Source: Azolla caroliniana (taxonomy: Eukaryota; Plantae; Polypodiophyta). From it: a stretch of 64,000 nt of DNA. Numbering within the stretch: position 1 is the first letter of the stretch; each line of letters starts with the position of its first letter. The position numbers and the translations under genes are program-made. The notes below the pieces were generated by a model. The model ran no database searches, was not told where the DNA came from, and worked only from the letters and a program-made list of their open reading frames with translations. Where the stretch lies: assembly GCA_043228905.1 (NCBI GenBank), contig JBHGNT010000012.1:6076001-6140000 (forward strand), in the 5' to 3' direction. Of this stretch, positions 13,261-24,600 are shown piece by piece.

Positions 13261-16200
13261 TGTTGTCCGCCGGAATAGTAACCGACGGACAAGAGTGCAG
13301 GAATACGGAATAGTATAATATTGTAACGCATGTAACGGTTCACGCGGGAAGCGTGAACGGCTGAAAGACCCTGCGTATATAAAGGGCAGAAAACCTCTGA
13401 TAGAGGGGCATGTAATTTTGAATGTAAGAGACGTATCGTAATATAATTCTATCCTCTCTGATATCTATGTGTAGCTACGGCTAATCTACTGTGTGTCTGT
13501 AACACCTGAGAGCGTAGGAGTAAGTAACGGTGTGTGTATTAGCTCACTGTCAAAGGAGCTCGGTTGTAGCTGTCTCCCTTATATGCTACTAGGTTACGGG
13601 GAACATCCCACTAAGTATTATGCACAGACGCTACCATTCATTGTCACACAGTCACTTGGAGGTCTAGGTCGAAGGATTGACCGTAGACCGTGTTCCTAGT
13701 CGGTAACACTTTTGGCACGCTTGGTGATATGTGTCTTCTCACAGACAAACAACGAAGAATGGATGTTTAGCCGCAGACGCCCCAGAGAACCAACACGACC
13801 AGACCGGCCAATCACAAGGTCCATCACACGCCAAGCAGAGGAACGTGCACGGCAGAAGCCTCGCCTCAACGACCTCAACACTACCTGTCGTGATCACAAA
13901 GGTGATTTCCTGCTCTCCAAATACCTTGACGATACACGGGGAGCATGCTCACCACAACAACACTGTGGTCTTTCCTGGTCCGCCGTAGCCCCCAACATGG
14001 CCTTTGCCTATCCCCGCTTTAACGGCGAAACCAACACCGCAACTCACATTCGCCTGTTCCTCAATGTCTGGAATGCAAACCACATGGCGCAAAGCCTTTC
14101 TAAGGCAGTAGCGCACCAGTCCAAAATGACGGAGTTCGGGTTAACATTGGATGGGCGAGCGGCGTTTTGGCATTCCCAGATGGATCTACCAGCAATCACG
14201 ACCTTCGACCAACTGCAGTCTGCCTTTTTGCGGTTCTTCCATCAGAGGGTTCCACAACGCGAAATCCTCGGACAGTTCTACACAATTAAGTAGCTGCCAA
14301 CCGAGACGATCGTAGACTTCAGCTTACATTTCCAAAATTTACGGTGGAAACTAGAACGGGGCCCCGCGGAGGACGAGGCTCGGGAGACATTTCTGGCGGC
14401 ATTACACCGACCCATATGGACAACGCTCAACAACAATAGTGTGAAAGGGGAGACGACGGATATGGTCATCGAACGAGCGTTACAACTCGAGCTGGCGACG
14501 AAGAGGAAAGGTTTTCTATGTCCTCATTACGACAAGCGTTACCTCAGGACGAGGAACGATAGTTTCATGAAGCAATCCAGTGCACGATTTGCTTGAACTC
14601 AGGGCATTCTGCAGTGGAGTGCAACATGTGAATCCACTGCCCAATCTGTCACTCGAAGGCTCACACAGTCGAACAATGCGAATACAATATGCTAAACAGA
14701 GCCACTCCCATAGTACGCAGCATGGACACACAACATCCCCCACGTTGTCCTGAACAAAGGAGGCAAGAAGACCGACCACGGTATATGGATCGCAACCCAC
14801 GTGACGACTGACACTACCAGAATCACCGGAATCACAACGATTTCAAGGAAGACAAGCCAAAGGATGAGGACTATCGTGGTCCCCCTCGATATGCTAAAGG
14901 GGGCCGACACTATGAGAATCACCGGCCGAGAAACAAATGTGGTGGCTTCAATGGATCTCGTGGAAAGCAACGACAATATTAGGACCACTGGTGATATGAC
15001 AAAAGCACGGACAAAGAGCGGCACCAAGAACCACGCCGGGGCCAACAACAACCACCGCGTACGCTCTGACAAACGAGGCCGGACCGTGAGGAGCAAGTCG
15101 TATCGGAGGATCGGCACGCACCACCAGGCGCCGAGAAGGGCGAATCAAGCATCCATTGTTTTGTTTGTCAGCAGCCCAGACATTATGCCACGCAATGCCC
15201 AGTACGCAAGGGCAAGGGGCCCGCCGTCAATACGATTACGGGAGAAGTGCAACAAGTCACGACACGCCAGCAAACGAAAACGGCTAATTGGGCCGCGCAA
15301 GATGAGATACGACGACAAGCCCAGGCATGGGTTGAAAAAGCAAACGCGACAAATACGGAACGCATGTGGAAGGAGTCCGCGAAAACAATGGGGCTAGTGC
15401 AAGACGAAGGACGGGCCCCAGACCCCATTTGGCAAGCACTGCGGGCTGCGAGATAACGTTAACCATGGAGAAGCTGCTGCAACTAGTCTCACGCTTCCGC
15501 CAGACGGGCATACCTAGGGTGAGCGTCGCTACGAATCTCACAGACCGTCGGTAGTGGATCACCACAACCCGACTATTACATTGATATTAGATGGTCAGGA
15601 AATCCCAGGCTGCATAATCGATTGCGGCTCGGGCGTTAATGTAATTAGCGCGAAAACATGCGAGTAGTTAGGTATTTCAGAATGGGAGGCTTGCCCGTTC
15701 TAGCTCCGTATGGCAGATACCCCCTCAATACGACCATTGGGGTTGATACGCAAGGTCGGCATTATCGTGGGAGGACATCGCTTCGACATCTCGAGGGTAG
15801 TCCTCGCCCTGGACGCCCCAAAGGCATACCCTATGTTGTTAGGCAGACCGTGGCTTTGTGCATCGAATATCAAGTAGAGCTGGCAACACAAGTGTATCAA
15901 TTTCCGACACGGACGCACCAAGATTCGCGTACCTACGGAGGAAAGGGCGACACAATCCAAGGGTATAACACCATTATACGCGGAAGATATAAATATGTTG
16001 GCCAGGGTGGATGATGCAGAATTAGAGGCATACCTAGACGAGCACCCTCGGATTATTCCGCTGTTCGAAATTGACCTCATCGCAACCGCGACAGAATATT
16101 CCACGACCACTACTCTCCACGACGAGACTTACGAACCAAACCCAGAGTCAATCTTGGAACTAAGCAGAGCACGCACAACATTCGAGAGGGAAATGGAAAT

Positions 16201-16841
16201 TTCACGACGAGTCACCGCCTCCGCCCTGGAAGAAGTAAACGTGGGTACGACGTCCGAACCTCGTTTTCTCTCCATCGCAAAAGAATTAAGGCCGGACCAG
16301 AGAGACGCGATGATCGAACTACTCAAGAAATATAAAGATGTGTTCGCCTGGGCTCATGAGGACGTGCCATGGCACTGTCCCACGGGCGTGCCAGGTGTTG
16401 TCCGTCAGAATAGTAACTGACGGAGAAGAGCGTAGGAATACGGAATAATATAATATTGTAACGCATGTAACGGTTCACGCGGGAAGCGTGAACAGCTAAA
16501 AGACCCTGCGTATATAAAGGGCAAAAAACCTCTGATAGAGGGGCGTGTAATTTTGAATGTAAGAGACATATCATAATAGAATTCTATCTTCTCTGATATC
16601 TTTGTGTAGCTACGGTTAATCTACTATGTTTGTAACACCTGAGAGCGTAGGAGTAAGTAACGGTGTGTGTATTAGCCCACTGTCAAAGGAGCTCAGTTGT
16701 AGCCGTCTCCCTTATACGCTGCAAGGTTACGGGGAACATCCCACTAAGTATTACGCACAGACGCTACCATTCATTGTCACACAGTCACTTGGAGGTCTAG
16801 GTCGAAGGACTGACCGTAGACCGTGTTCCTAGTTGGTAACA
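13261..16841 (+). mobile_element. Internally deleted (non-autonomous) Ty3/gypsy 'G2', related to G1 but with different LTRs
   Basis: LTRs 13261-13708 and 16396-16841 (TGTTGTCC...GGTAACA); short PBS TGGCACGC 13713-13720; gag (GLTLDGRAAFW), CCHC, protease (IIDCGSGVNVI, ~15615); coding ends at KKYKDVFAW before RT. TSD GTCAG/ATCGG (inferred ancestral GTCGG) restores host frame NSRPILNLAETT. Confidence 0.93.
16377..16393 (-). promoter_or_regulatory. Inverted PBS (tRNA-Arg 3'-end-like sequence) before the 3' LTR of G2
   Basis: GTCCCACGGGCGTGCCA-GG-[LTR]; reverse complement TGGCACGCCCGTGGGAC. Same spacing as in G1; no PPT. Confidence 0.83.
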
Positions 16842-17399
16842 ATCGGCTATTGGCGTATGTCGTACAGAATACCTCCCAACTCGCCAGCAAGCTCGATAGG
16901 AGGGCAAGGGCTTTCACTTCTTCTTCGAAGTTGATCCCTTGGGACGAGAGCTCTGACAACACCCGGCTGAAGGTGTCGATGTGGGAGGTTGCCGGATCAG
17001 TCTCTTTCATCTTCATGTTGAACAATTGTTTGATCAAGATAAATTTTGAAGATGAGGACTTCTTCTCATATACGGCCTGTAATTTCTCCCACAATGAGAA
17101 CGATGTCGTCTCTTTTGCCATGCTAAAATAGACGTTTTCAGCCAGATGCATTCGGATGGTGGAACATGCTATTTCGTCCATTGATCTCCACTCTTCTGTT
17201 GTCATCGAAGCAGGCTTTTTGTTATGCCGAATAGCTTTGACCTGTCTTTGGATAATCAACACATCCTGCATCATCTCTTTCCACAGGGCAAAGTTTTTGC
17301 CGTCGAACTTTCTAATTTCAACTCTTGTTCTAGATGTTGAAGCCATATTCTTTCTATGGATTTGATGTTTCTGACCTGGTCTTTTCTTTCAGCTTCTTC

Positions 17400-20300
17400 T
17401 TCTGTTATCTGTTGCTAGTGTGTCTAGTGTACTAGCTTCCGCACGTTATTCTTTTACATGGTATCAGACTGTGAGGGTTGAGAATCCTCTGTAGCTAACA
17501 AGCGCTTCAACCTAGACAAGTTTTTGAATCTTTGGACAAGAAAAGACAGGAACATTGATAGAGGTATGGGCAACTCGCTTCTAGTAGAAAAGATCGATAG
17601 GAGCAAGTATGCGTCTTGGGCATACAAGATGCACCAGTACCTACTCAGACACAGTTACTAGAGTTATGTGTAAGGAGTGAATGATGTAGCACTAGAGTTG
17701 ACACACAAGGATTTTCGCCTGGGAATAGGCGGCGAGCAATCCTCTGTGAGTGACCAACTATTGAGCTATATTCGGGACGCCAAGTCGCTGAAGGATGCTT
17801 GGGGGAACTTGAAGAAGGTCTTCATCACCGCTTGGAAGTTGTAACTTTGCTAGGAGCTCAGCAATGTCCGACAAGGAGGTATGTCGGTCATTGACTACAC
17901 CACCATGATCAAACAAATCTATGATTCGTTGGGATCTATAAACGTTTCGGTAGATGAAGATGAAATGGTGGGGATTTGTCTTGGTGGTCTAGCACAAAAA
18001 TATGGGCCTATTCGAATGGTGATCTACACGAGGGAGAAGCCTCCGTTGTTTTTCAACTTATAGTCGATGATCCTCGTAGAGGAGAACCACATGGGTGCGT
18101 CAACGACCACGCATGTTGACAATAAGATGTTGTATATGGAGGCGGGTCGTCCATGTGTTCATGGAGGAAAAGGCAACAACAGTGGACCCTCCGCAAGTAG
18201 GGGGAGTCAAGGTGGTGCTAGGAGCCAGCAAGGAAAGCCCATGGACAAACTGTTGGTATTGTGGCCGAAAGGGCCACAAAGAGAGTGAGTGCTAGAAGAA
18301 GAAATCAGATTCAGACATAACTTAATCAAGCCATGCCGATGGAGAAAGGCAACAGCGATCACACTATGTTGAAGGCTCAAGCTGAGCCAGAATGGGTCGT
18401 GCCTTTGTCATGACGCAAAAGCCAATCGGATGGAGATGAGCACCTCGAATCCGAACGAGGTGTGGTATGTGGATTCCAGAGCTTCAAATCACATGGTGAA
18501 CCACAAGGAGCGGTTCTTGAATCTAGAGAAGGTAAAACAACAAGGGGTCGTCGAAACCAGGGGCGACACCCCTCATCCCATCGAACACATCGGGGGCATG
18601 CCTCTGAACCATGTCGGCCATAGAGGAATAATGGCGAAGTTTCGCGTTCACGCGTAGGAAGAGGCGGGACCACAGGGGTCTTGGACCAAGGAGAGAGTGA
18701 GAGAGAGAGAGAGTTGCAAGTACACAAAAAGAGATTAAGAGCAAGAAAACAGGTATCCGATTACTATTGTCAATAGCTTACAACTCGAACAGTTACAACC
18801 GGCAACCCGGTAATTGATCCGACACAGGGTCCTACTCACGCACACCGACGACAACCACACGACTCGAAGAAACAAAAGGGGAAAAGGGAAAGAGAGAGAC
18901 TCTGCTAGAAGCACACAGGCCGTCCATGAAGCAGAGGCAACGAACTCCCAACACCTGCAGAGAACAACGATTGGAGGAGAGAGAGCTCGGCACTCGGTTC
19001 TGCAGCAACACTTCATCCTCGCCAACGCGCGCGATCCCTTCTCTTCCTTCTCTCCTCTCCTTAAATAGTCCCCAAAAGGGGGTGCCCCTTTCTCCCTAGT
19101 CAAAACCGCTTTATTCCCTGTCCCTTTCGATAGAGATACGCACAATCCCCTAATAAATGCACACTACCTAGTATTTACATCAGCCGAGCTAATCGTGAAT
19201 CATGTACAAAATATCAGTTCAGCGTCCACCCATGTAAGAGCCGGTCCATGCCCCTTTTTTCCGATTCCGCCCATGGCCGGTTTTCTTCACAACAACGTAC
19301 TGCACATTCTGATGATAACAAAGAATCTGGTATTAATCGGAGAGATTGTCGACCAGGGGATGTAGGTTTAGTTCACTCATCTCGGGTGCTCCATCGAAGA
19401 AGAAGGCCAACTTATAGCGCAAGGATGCAGGAAGGGAGGATGTTCATCCTCAAGACTAACAATGTAGGCACTGCAACGTTTGCCAAAGGATAGAAAGTCA
19501 AATCGGACATTGATCGGCTAGTCAATTTCCAACGGCTCCAAGAGATGCAGACAAAGAACATTGTTTTTGGCTTGCCGAAACCTAGAGGTTGAAAAGGCCA
19601 AGCCTACAAAGCTTGCCAGTTTAGGAAGCAACACCGACTTCCATTCCCCAACGAGCGTAATTGGAGCTATAACAAGCTCGATCTAATCCTTTCAGATGTG
19701 TCGGGACTGGCACAGAACGTGACCATTGGTGGGAGCCGTTACTTTGTAACCTTCATCGATGACTACACTCGGCATACCTGGGCATGTCTGATCGAAAAGA
19801 AGATCGAAGTCTTCTCTTGCTTCCTAAAGGTGGAAATCCTTGTTGAATGGGAGACTGACCGAAACATGAAAAGCCTCAGGTTCGATGGAGGTAAAGAATA
19901 CTTTTCCGACTAGTTCTCATGCTATCTGCAAAAGGAGGGAATTCAGTGCGAATTCCCTTGCAAATATACGCTAGAGCAGAACGATGTAGCCGAAAGGAAG
20001 AACCGGACAATTGAAGAAGTGGTAAGGCCAATGCTAGAAGAGAAGAGCATGCCCAAATTCTATTGGGCCGAAGCTGTTCGGATGGCTGTTTACCGTTAGA
20101 ATCAAACATTTGTAGTCGAAGGCAAAGTGTTGCCACAAGAGCTGTATTTCAGGCGCAAGCCGAATTTGGGACACTTGAGGGTATTCAACAGCATAGCATA
20201 CATGCATGTGCTGAAGGAAAAGCAGAGGAAGCTTGATGCCAAAGTTGAGAAATGTATCTTAGTCGGCTACTCGTACAAGCAAAAGGGTTATAAGTGCCAT

Positions 20301-21435
20301 AACCCTCGAACGTAACAGGTTCGTGTTAGCGGCAATGTTGTGTTCGATGAAGCGGCTTCATGGTACCAACCGCCGACCAATCCGATTCCTGTAGAATCCA
20401 TGCCAAATTCTCGGGATGAGGCCAATGAAGCCGAGATGATCCCGGATGAGGAAGAAATTGGCACTCTAGAAGAGAGTCTGATCTCATTCCAGCTAAGTGG
20501 GCCGAATGAGGAACTGAGTCATAATGGCCAGTTGATTAACATGCCACCGAGCGACAAAGACTCGGCCATGCAATCCCCGCATACAAAGCCGAAGAGACGG
20601 CTAGCACACAAGGAGAACGGAAAGAAGAAGATGTCGGAATATGACACTGAAGCGGGCACGTCGGATCTAAGCGAATCCAACGGGGCCATGAGCAAAGACA
20701 AACATCTTGAGTTGAGGACAAAATCGGCTAGAAGGGCCTTGAAGACGACGAGTGAGAAGTTGTGCTGATCAATTCACCATGAAAACCCCATAATTCGGTA
20801 CATGTACAATGAGTACATGGCACGTCATTATGCGTACATGAAGAAAGTGGTTGAGATGCACAAGCCAAAGAGCTACACAGAGGCAGTGCAAGACACCAAT
20901 TGGAAATCGGCTATGGAGGAAGAAATGCATGCTCTAGGTGAAAATGAGACGTGGGACCTAGTTGACCCTCCCATAGGAGTGAAGCCAATCGGATGTGGAT
21001 GGGTGTACAAGGTATAATACAATGTCGATGACTCTATCAACATGTATAAGGACCGATTAGTGGCCAAGGGCTACGCACAACAACACGTCGGTCACGAAGA
21101 TGATAATTGTGTGTGTGTCTTGTTGGTCGTAGCAACAACAAAGGGGTGACATCTACATCAGATGGATGTAAAGAGCGCATTCCTGCAAGATGAGCTTGAG
21201 GAACAAGTGTACATGGTACAACCCCTTGGATTTCAATCCGAAATGAACAAATCGACAGTTTGCTGACTGAAGAAGTCCCTCTACGAACTGAAGTAGGCCC
21301 CCCATTCATGGAACACAAAGATCATGTAGAAATTATGTCAGATGGGGTTTTAGACATCAAAATCGGATTCTTCATTGTTCCTTCAGCAAGGTCAAAGTAG
21401 GCCAGTTAGCATACTGTTATACGTGGATGACATGG
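17400..21435 (+). mobile_element. Heavily degenerate Ty1/copia 'B' (LTR end remnant, PBS, gag-PR-INT-RT), truncated in RT
   Basis: ...CTTCCGCA...TTTTACA then tRNA-iMet PBS TGGTATCAGA (17459-17468); CWYCGRKGHKESEC; WYVDSRASNHM; RYFVTFIDDYTR; ENETWDLV; LYVDDM at ~21420. Confidence 0.88.
18632..19294 (-). mobile_element. ~660-bp solo-LTR-like insertion within copia B
   Basis: Interrupts copia B between HRGIM and NVLHI. Minus strand starts TGTTGTG, has a TATTTAA box and a CT tract. No clean TSD; left boundary uncertain by several bases. Confidence 0.55.
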
Positions 21436-21562
21436 TGTAAAGAATCAAATATAATTCTTGTGTAGCGGAAGATGTGTGTGTTATGTAGGAATTATGGATC
21501 GGCAACAAGCCGAATTATGACAAGTTGAGGATTTTCGAATGTGAGGCGTACACCCTCATACC
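21436..21562. mobile_element. Mosaic: ~50-bp LTR U5 end (minus) joined to a 74-bp plus-strand copia integrase fragment
   Basis: 21436-21488 reverse complement ends CTTCCGCTACA...TCTTTACA. 21489-21562 encodes ELWIGNKPNYDKLRIFECEAYTLIP, near-identical to the intact copia. Confidence 0.7.
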
Positions 21563-21643
21563 TGTTGGGGACAAGGCCGTCAATGCAGAAGTGCAAGCAA
21601 CATTCGTGATGAAGAAGAACCTGTGTATGCATGAGCAAGATAG

Positions 21644-21696
<53 letters not shown>

Positions 21697-24600
21697 CACA
21701 AAGGAAACGATATATTCTAATAGCAACAGTTATAAATGACAAACAACATTCACTAATGGTTACAAAGTCACTTTATATAGTGACTATCCTAGGGCAACTG
21801 CCCTTTATGCTATTTACAGAAATGGCCCAAACTTGGGTTGTCCAAAGGGACAATGTGAATACGGCCATTATACACTTGTATTCGACACTCCCCCGTAATG
21901 GGCGTATACACGGGTTATCTAAAGAATTACAAGTATATATACAAGGTTTATCGGACGGATCGGTTTTGTCAGAGTCGGCAAGATCCGAAGACAGAGGACC
22001 GAACCGGTCGGGTCGGAAGAGCTGAAGCCGATCCTCAGAGAACCGATGTTTGTGGTCTAAAACCATCCTGTGCTGTGTGTCCGACTTTAAGCGGACCGAT
22101 TTTTCGTTATGCCCATCAGGTGCCGAAGGGACCGGAAACAATCCGCTGAAAGGCACTTGGTCATTCCATCTACGACATTATCGGTTGTGGATATCTTCTC
22201 GAGACCGATTTTCCTTGAAATGACGCATTCCCGAACGAAGTGATATCAAACATCGATATGCTTAGAGGCGTTGTGGTGAACTGGATTTTTTGACAAAGCA
22301 ACAGCACCCTGACTGTCGTTGTAGACAACTGGAGCCGAGTCGGAGTCGACCTATCAAAACGTGTGCACCAGCTGACCGAGCCATAAAGCTTCTTTTGCCG
22401 CGTCGGACGCAGCTACATATTCCGGTTCGGTCGTTGAGGTGGATGTGCACTCCTGAAGTTTTGACTTTCACGAGATTGCTCCATTGCCGAATTTGAAACA
22501 GTATCCGGTTGTTGATTTCCAACTATCCACACAGTCGGCGAAGTCCGAGTCGGTGTAACCGACTACGCCTGAGGTTGAGTTCGGGCCAAAAAGAATGTCG
22601 TGGTCTTTTGTGCCAGCTAGATATCTGAACACATGCTTGACTGCGTTCCAGTGCGATCGGTCGGGGTTGTGCATGAATCTGCTGACGACTCCTACGGCGT
22701 GAGAAATATCAGGCCATGTCGCGACCATCGCGTACATGAGGGAGCCGACTGCCGGTGCATACGGTATCGACTTCATATCTTCCCCCTCCGGACCGGATGT
22801 TGGACAGTCTCGTTGAGACAGCCGAAGGTTAATGGGGAGCGGGGTCGAAGCAGACTTGGTCGATTGCATGTTGAAGCGTTCTAAGACACGTCCGATGTAG
22901 TCGGTTTGAGACAAGAAAATTTGTCGTGTATCGTGATACCAACTAATCTTCATACCAAGTATGTGTCTTGCCGGACCGAGGTCCTTCATGGAAAACTTCA
23001 ACCGCAGTTGCCGAACGAGTTCGGTGAGCTTTCCGGCATGCCGACCGGAGAGTAGTATGTCATCCACGTAGATGATGAGGAAGACGGGAGACCCGTCTTG
23101 AGCTATTTTGGTGAAGAGACAGTGGTCCTCATCGCTCTTAGAGAAGTTGACCGACTGGATGAAGTCGTCGAACTTCTTGTACCACTGTCAGGGTGCCTGT
23201 TTCAGGCCGTATAAACTCTTCCTGAGTCGGTAGACTAGATGTTCCTGGCCGGATACCACAAAGCCTTTCAACTGCTCCATATAGATTTCCTCCTGTAGGT
23301 CACCGTGGAGGAATGCCATTTTTACATCTAGCTGAATCAGCTCCAAGTTGTCAGCGGCCACAACGCCAAGCATGAAACGGAGGGTCGTCATTTTCACCAC
23401 TAGTGAAAAGATTTCGTCGAAGTCGACGCCATATTCTTGTCTAAATCCCTTCGCAACTAATCTGGCCTTGTACTTTGGGGTGGTCGAGTCGAACATCTCT
23501 TTTAGTCGATAGACCCACTTACATGGAAGAGCACGTCGATTCTTCGGTAATTCGACCAAGTCCCAAGTCTTGTTTGCCCAAATGGAGTGCATTTCCGACT
23601 CCATCGCCAGATACCATGTGGCTGAATCGGCAAATGCCGATGCTTCTTCGTAAGACTTCGGTTCGCCGACGTCGGTAAAGAAAATTCCGGGAGAGTACCT
23701 CTCTGGAGGTTGTGACAGTCTCTCGGATCTGCGAGGTATGACTGGACTAGTCGCATTGGGTGTCAATGTTGGATGGTCGGGAGCCGAACCATTCAGCTGT
23801 GCCGAATTGGTGGATTCGGTGCGAGAGTTGTCGGTTACCTATGAAACCGATCTTGTGTTGTGGGTTGGGCCGTCATGAAGGGTTGGCACTTCGGAAAATA
23901 TTACCCTTCGGACTTCAATAGGCCTTTTGGCCGTTTTATGCATAGCCGACTCGTTGAACACGACGTCCGAACTTCAGACGATTTGTCTGTGCTCGGGGTC
24001 CCAGAGTCAATATCCAATCTCGCCGTCGGGTCCATATCCAAGAAAAACACATTTCCTTGACCTTGGTTCGAGTTTCCGGCAGTCGTCTTTCGGTATGAGA
24101 GCATACGCCTCGCAACCGAAGATCCTCAATTTGTCATAATTCGGCTTACTGCCGGTCCATATTTCCTGAGGTATTTGAAGTCCTAGAGGTCTACTTGACG
24201 ACATATTTATTATGTGTACTGCCGTAAGTAGAGCCTTCGCCCAGAAGCCATCCAACAGTCCGGAGTGTTGGAGCATGGATACTACGCATTTTTGAATCGC
24301 CCGATTCATGCGTTCAGCAATTCCGTTCTGCTCCAGACTATAGGGTGTCGTATATTCACGTCGAATGCCGCGTTCCCGACAGAATTTGACGAATTCTTCA
24401 GACTTGAATTCTCCTCCATTGTCAGTTCAGAGACATTTCAATTTCCAACCGGTCTGATTTTCGACCATTGCAAGACATTCGGAGAAGATCGAGAACACCC
24501 GATCTTTGGTTCAGATGGGATAAGCCCACACCTTCCGAGTCGAGTCGTCAATGAAACTGACGAAGTACGAAGCACCACCGAGAGACTCATGTGGCATTGG

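Larger units (their letters stand above)
1..17400 (-). mobile_element. Degenerate Ty1/copia LTR retrotransposon 'A', host of three nested insertions; 5' LTR and PBS missing
   Basis: Minus-strand domains in copia order: gag from 17346 (MASTSRTRVEIRKFDGKNFALWK), protease remnant ~12790, GAG-pre-integrase (LWHGRLGHMS, ~12400), integrase (HTDICGPM, 3097-2470), RT (LYVDDML, ~1340), RNase H (GYTDSDY...YCDSQSAI...KHIEVRYH, 1234-690). Many stops and frameshifts. Interrupted at 599-686, 3156-12291 and 13261-16841. Confidence 0.93.

Noticed and set aside
16377-16393. tRNA gene at the tRNA-like 3' motif (also 11779-11795)
   Set aside because: Only ~17 nt ending in CCA; no cloverleaf or A/B boxes upstream.
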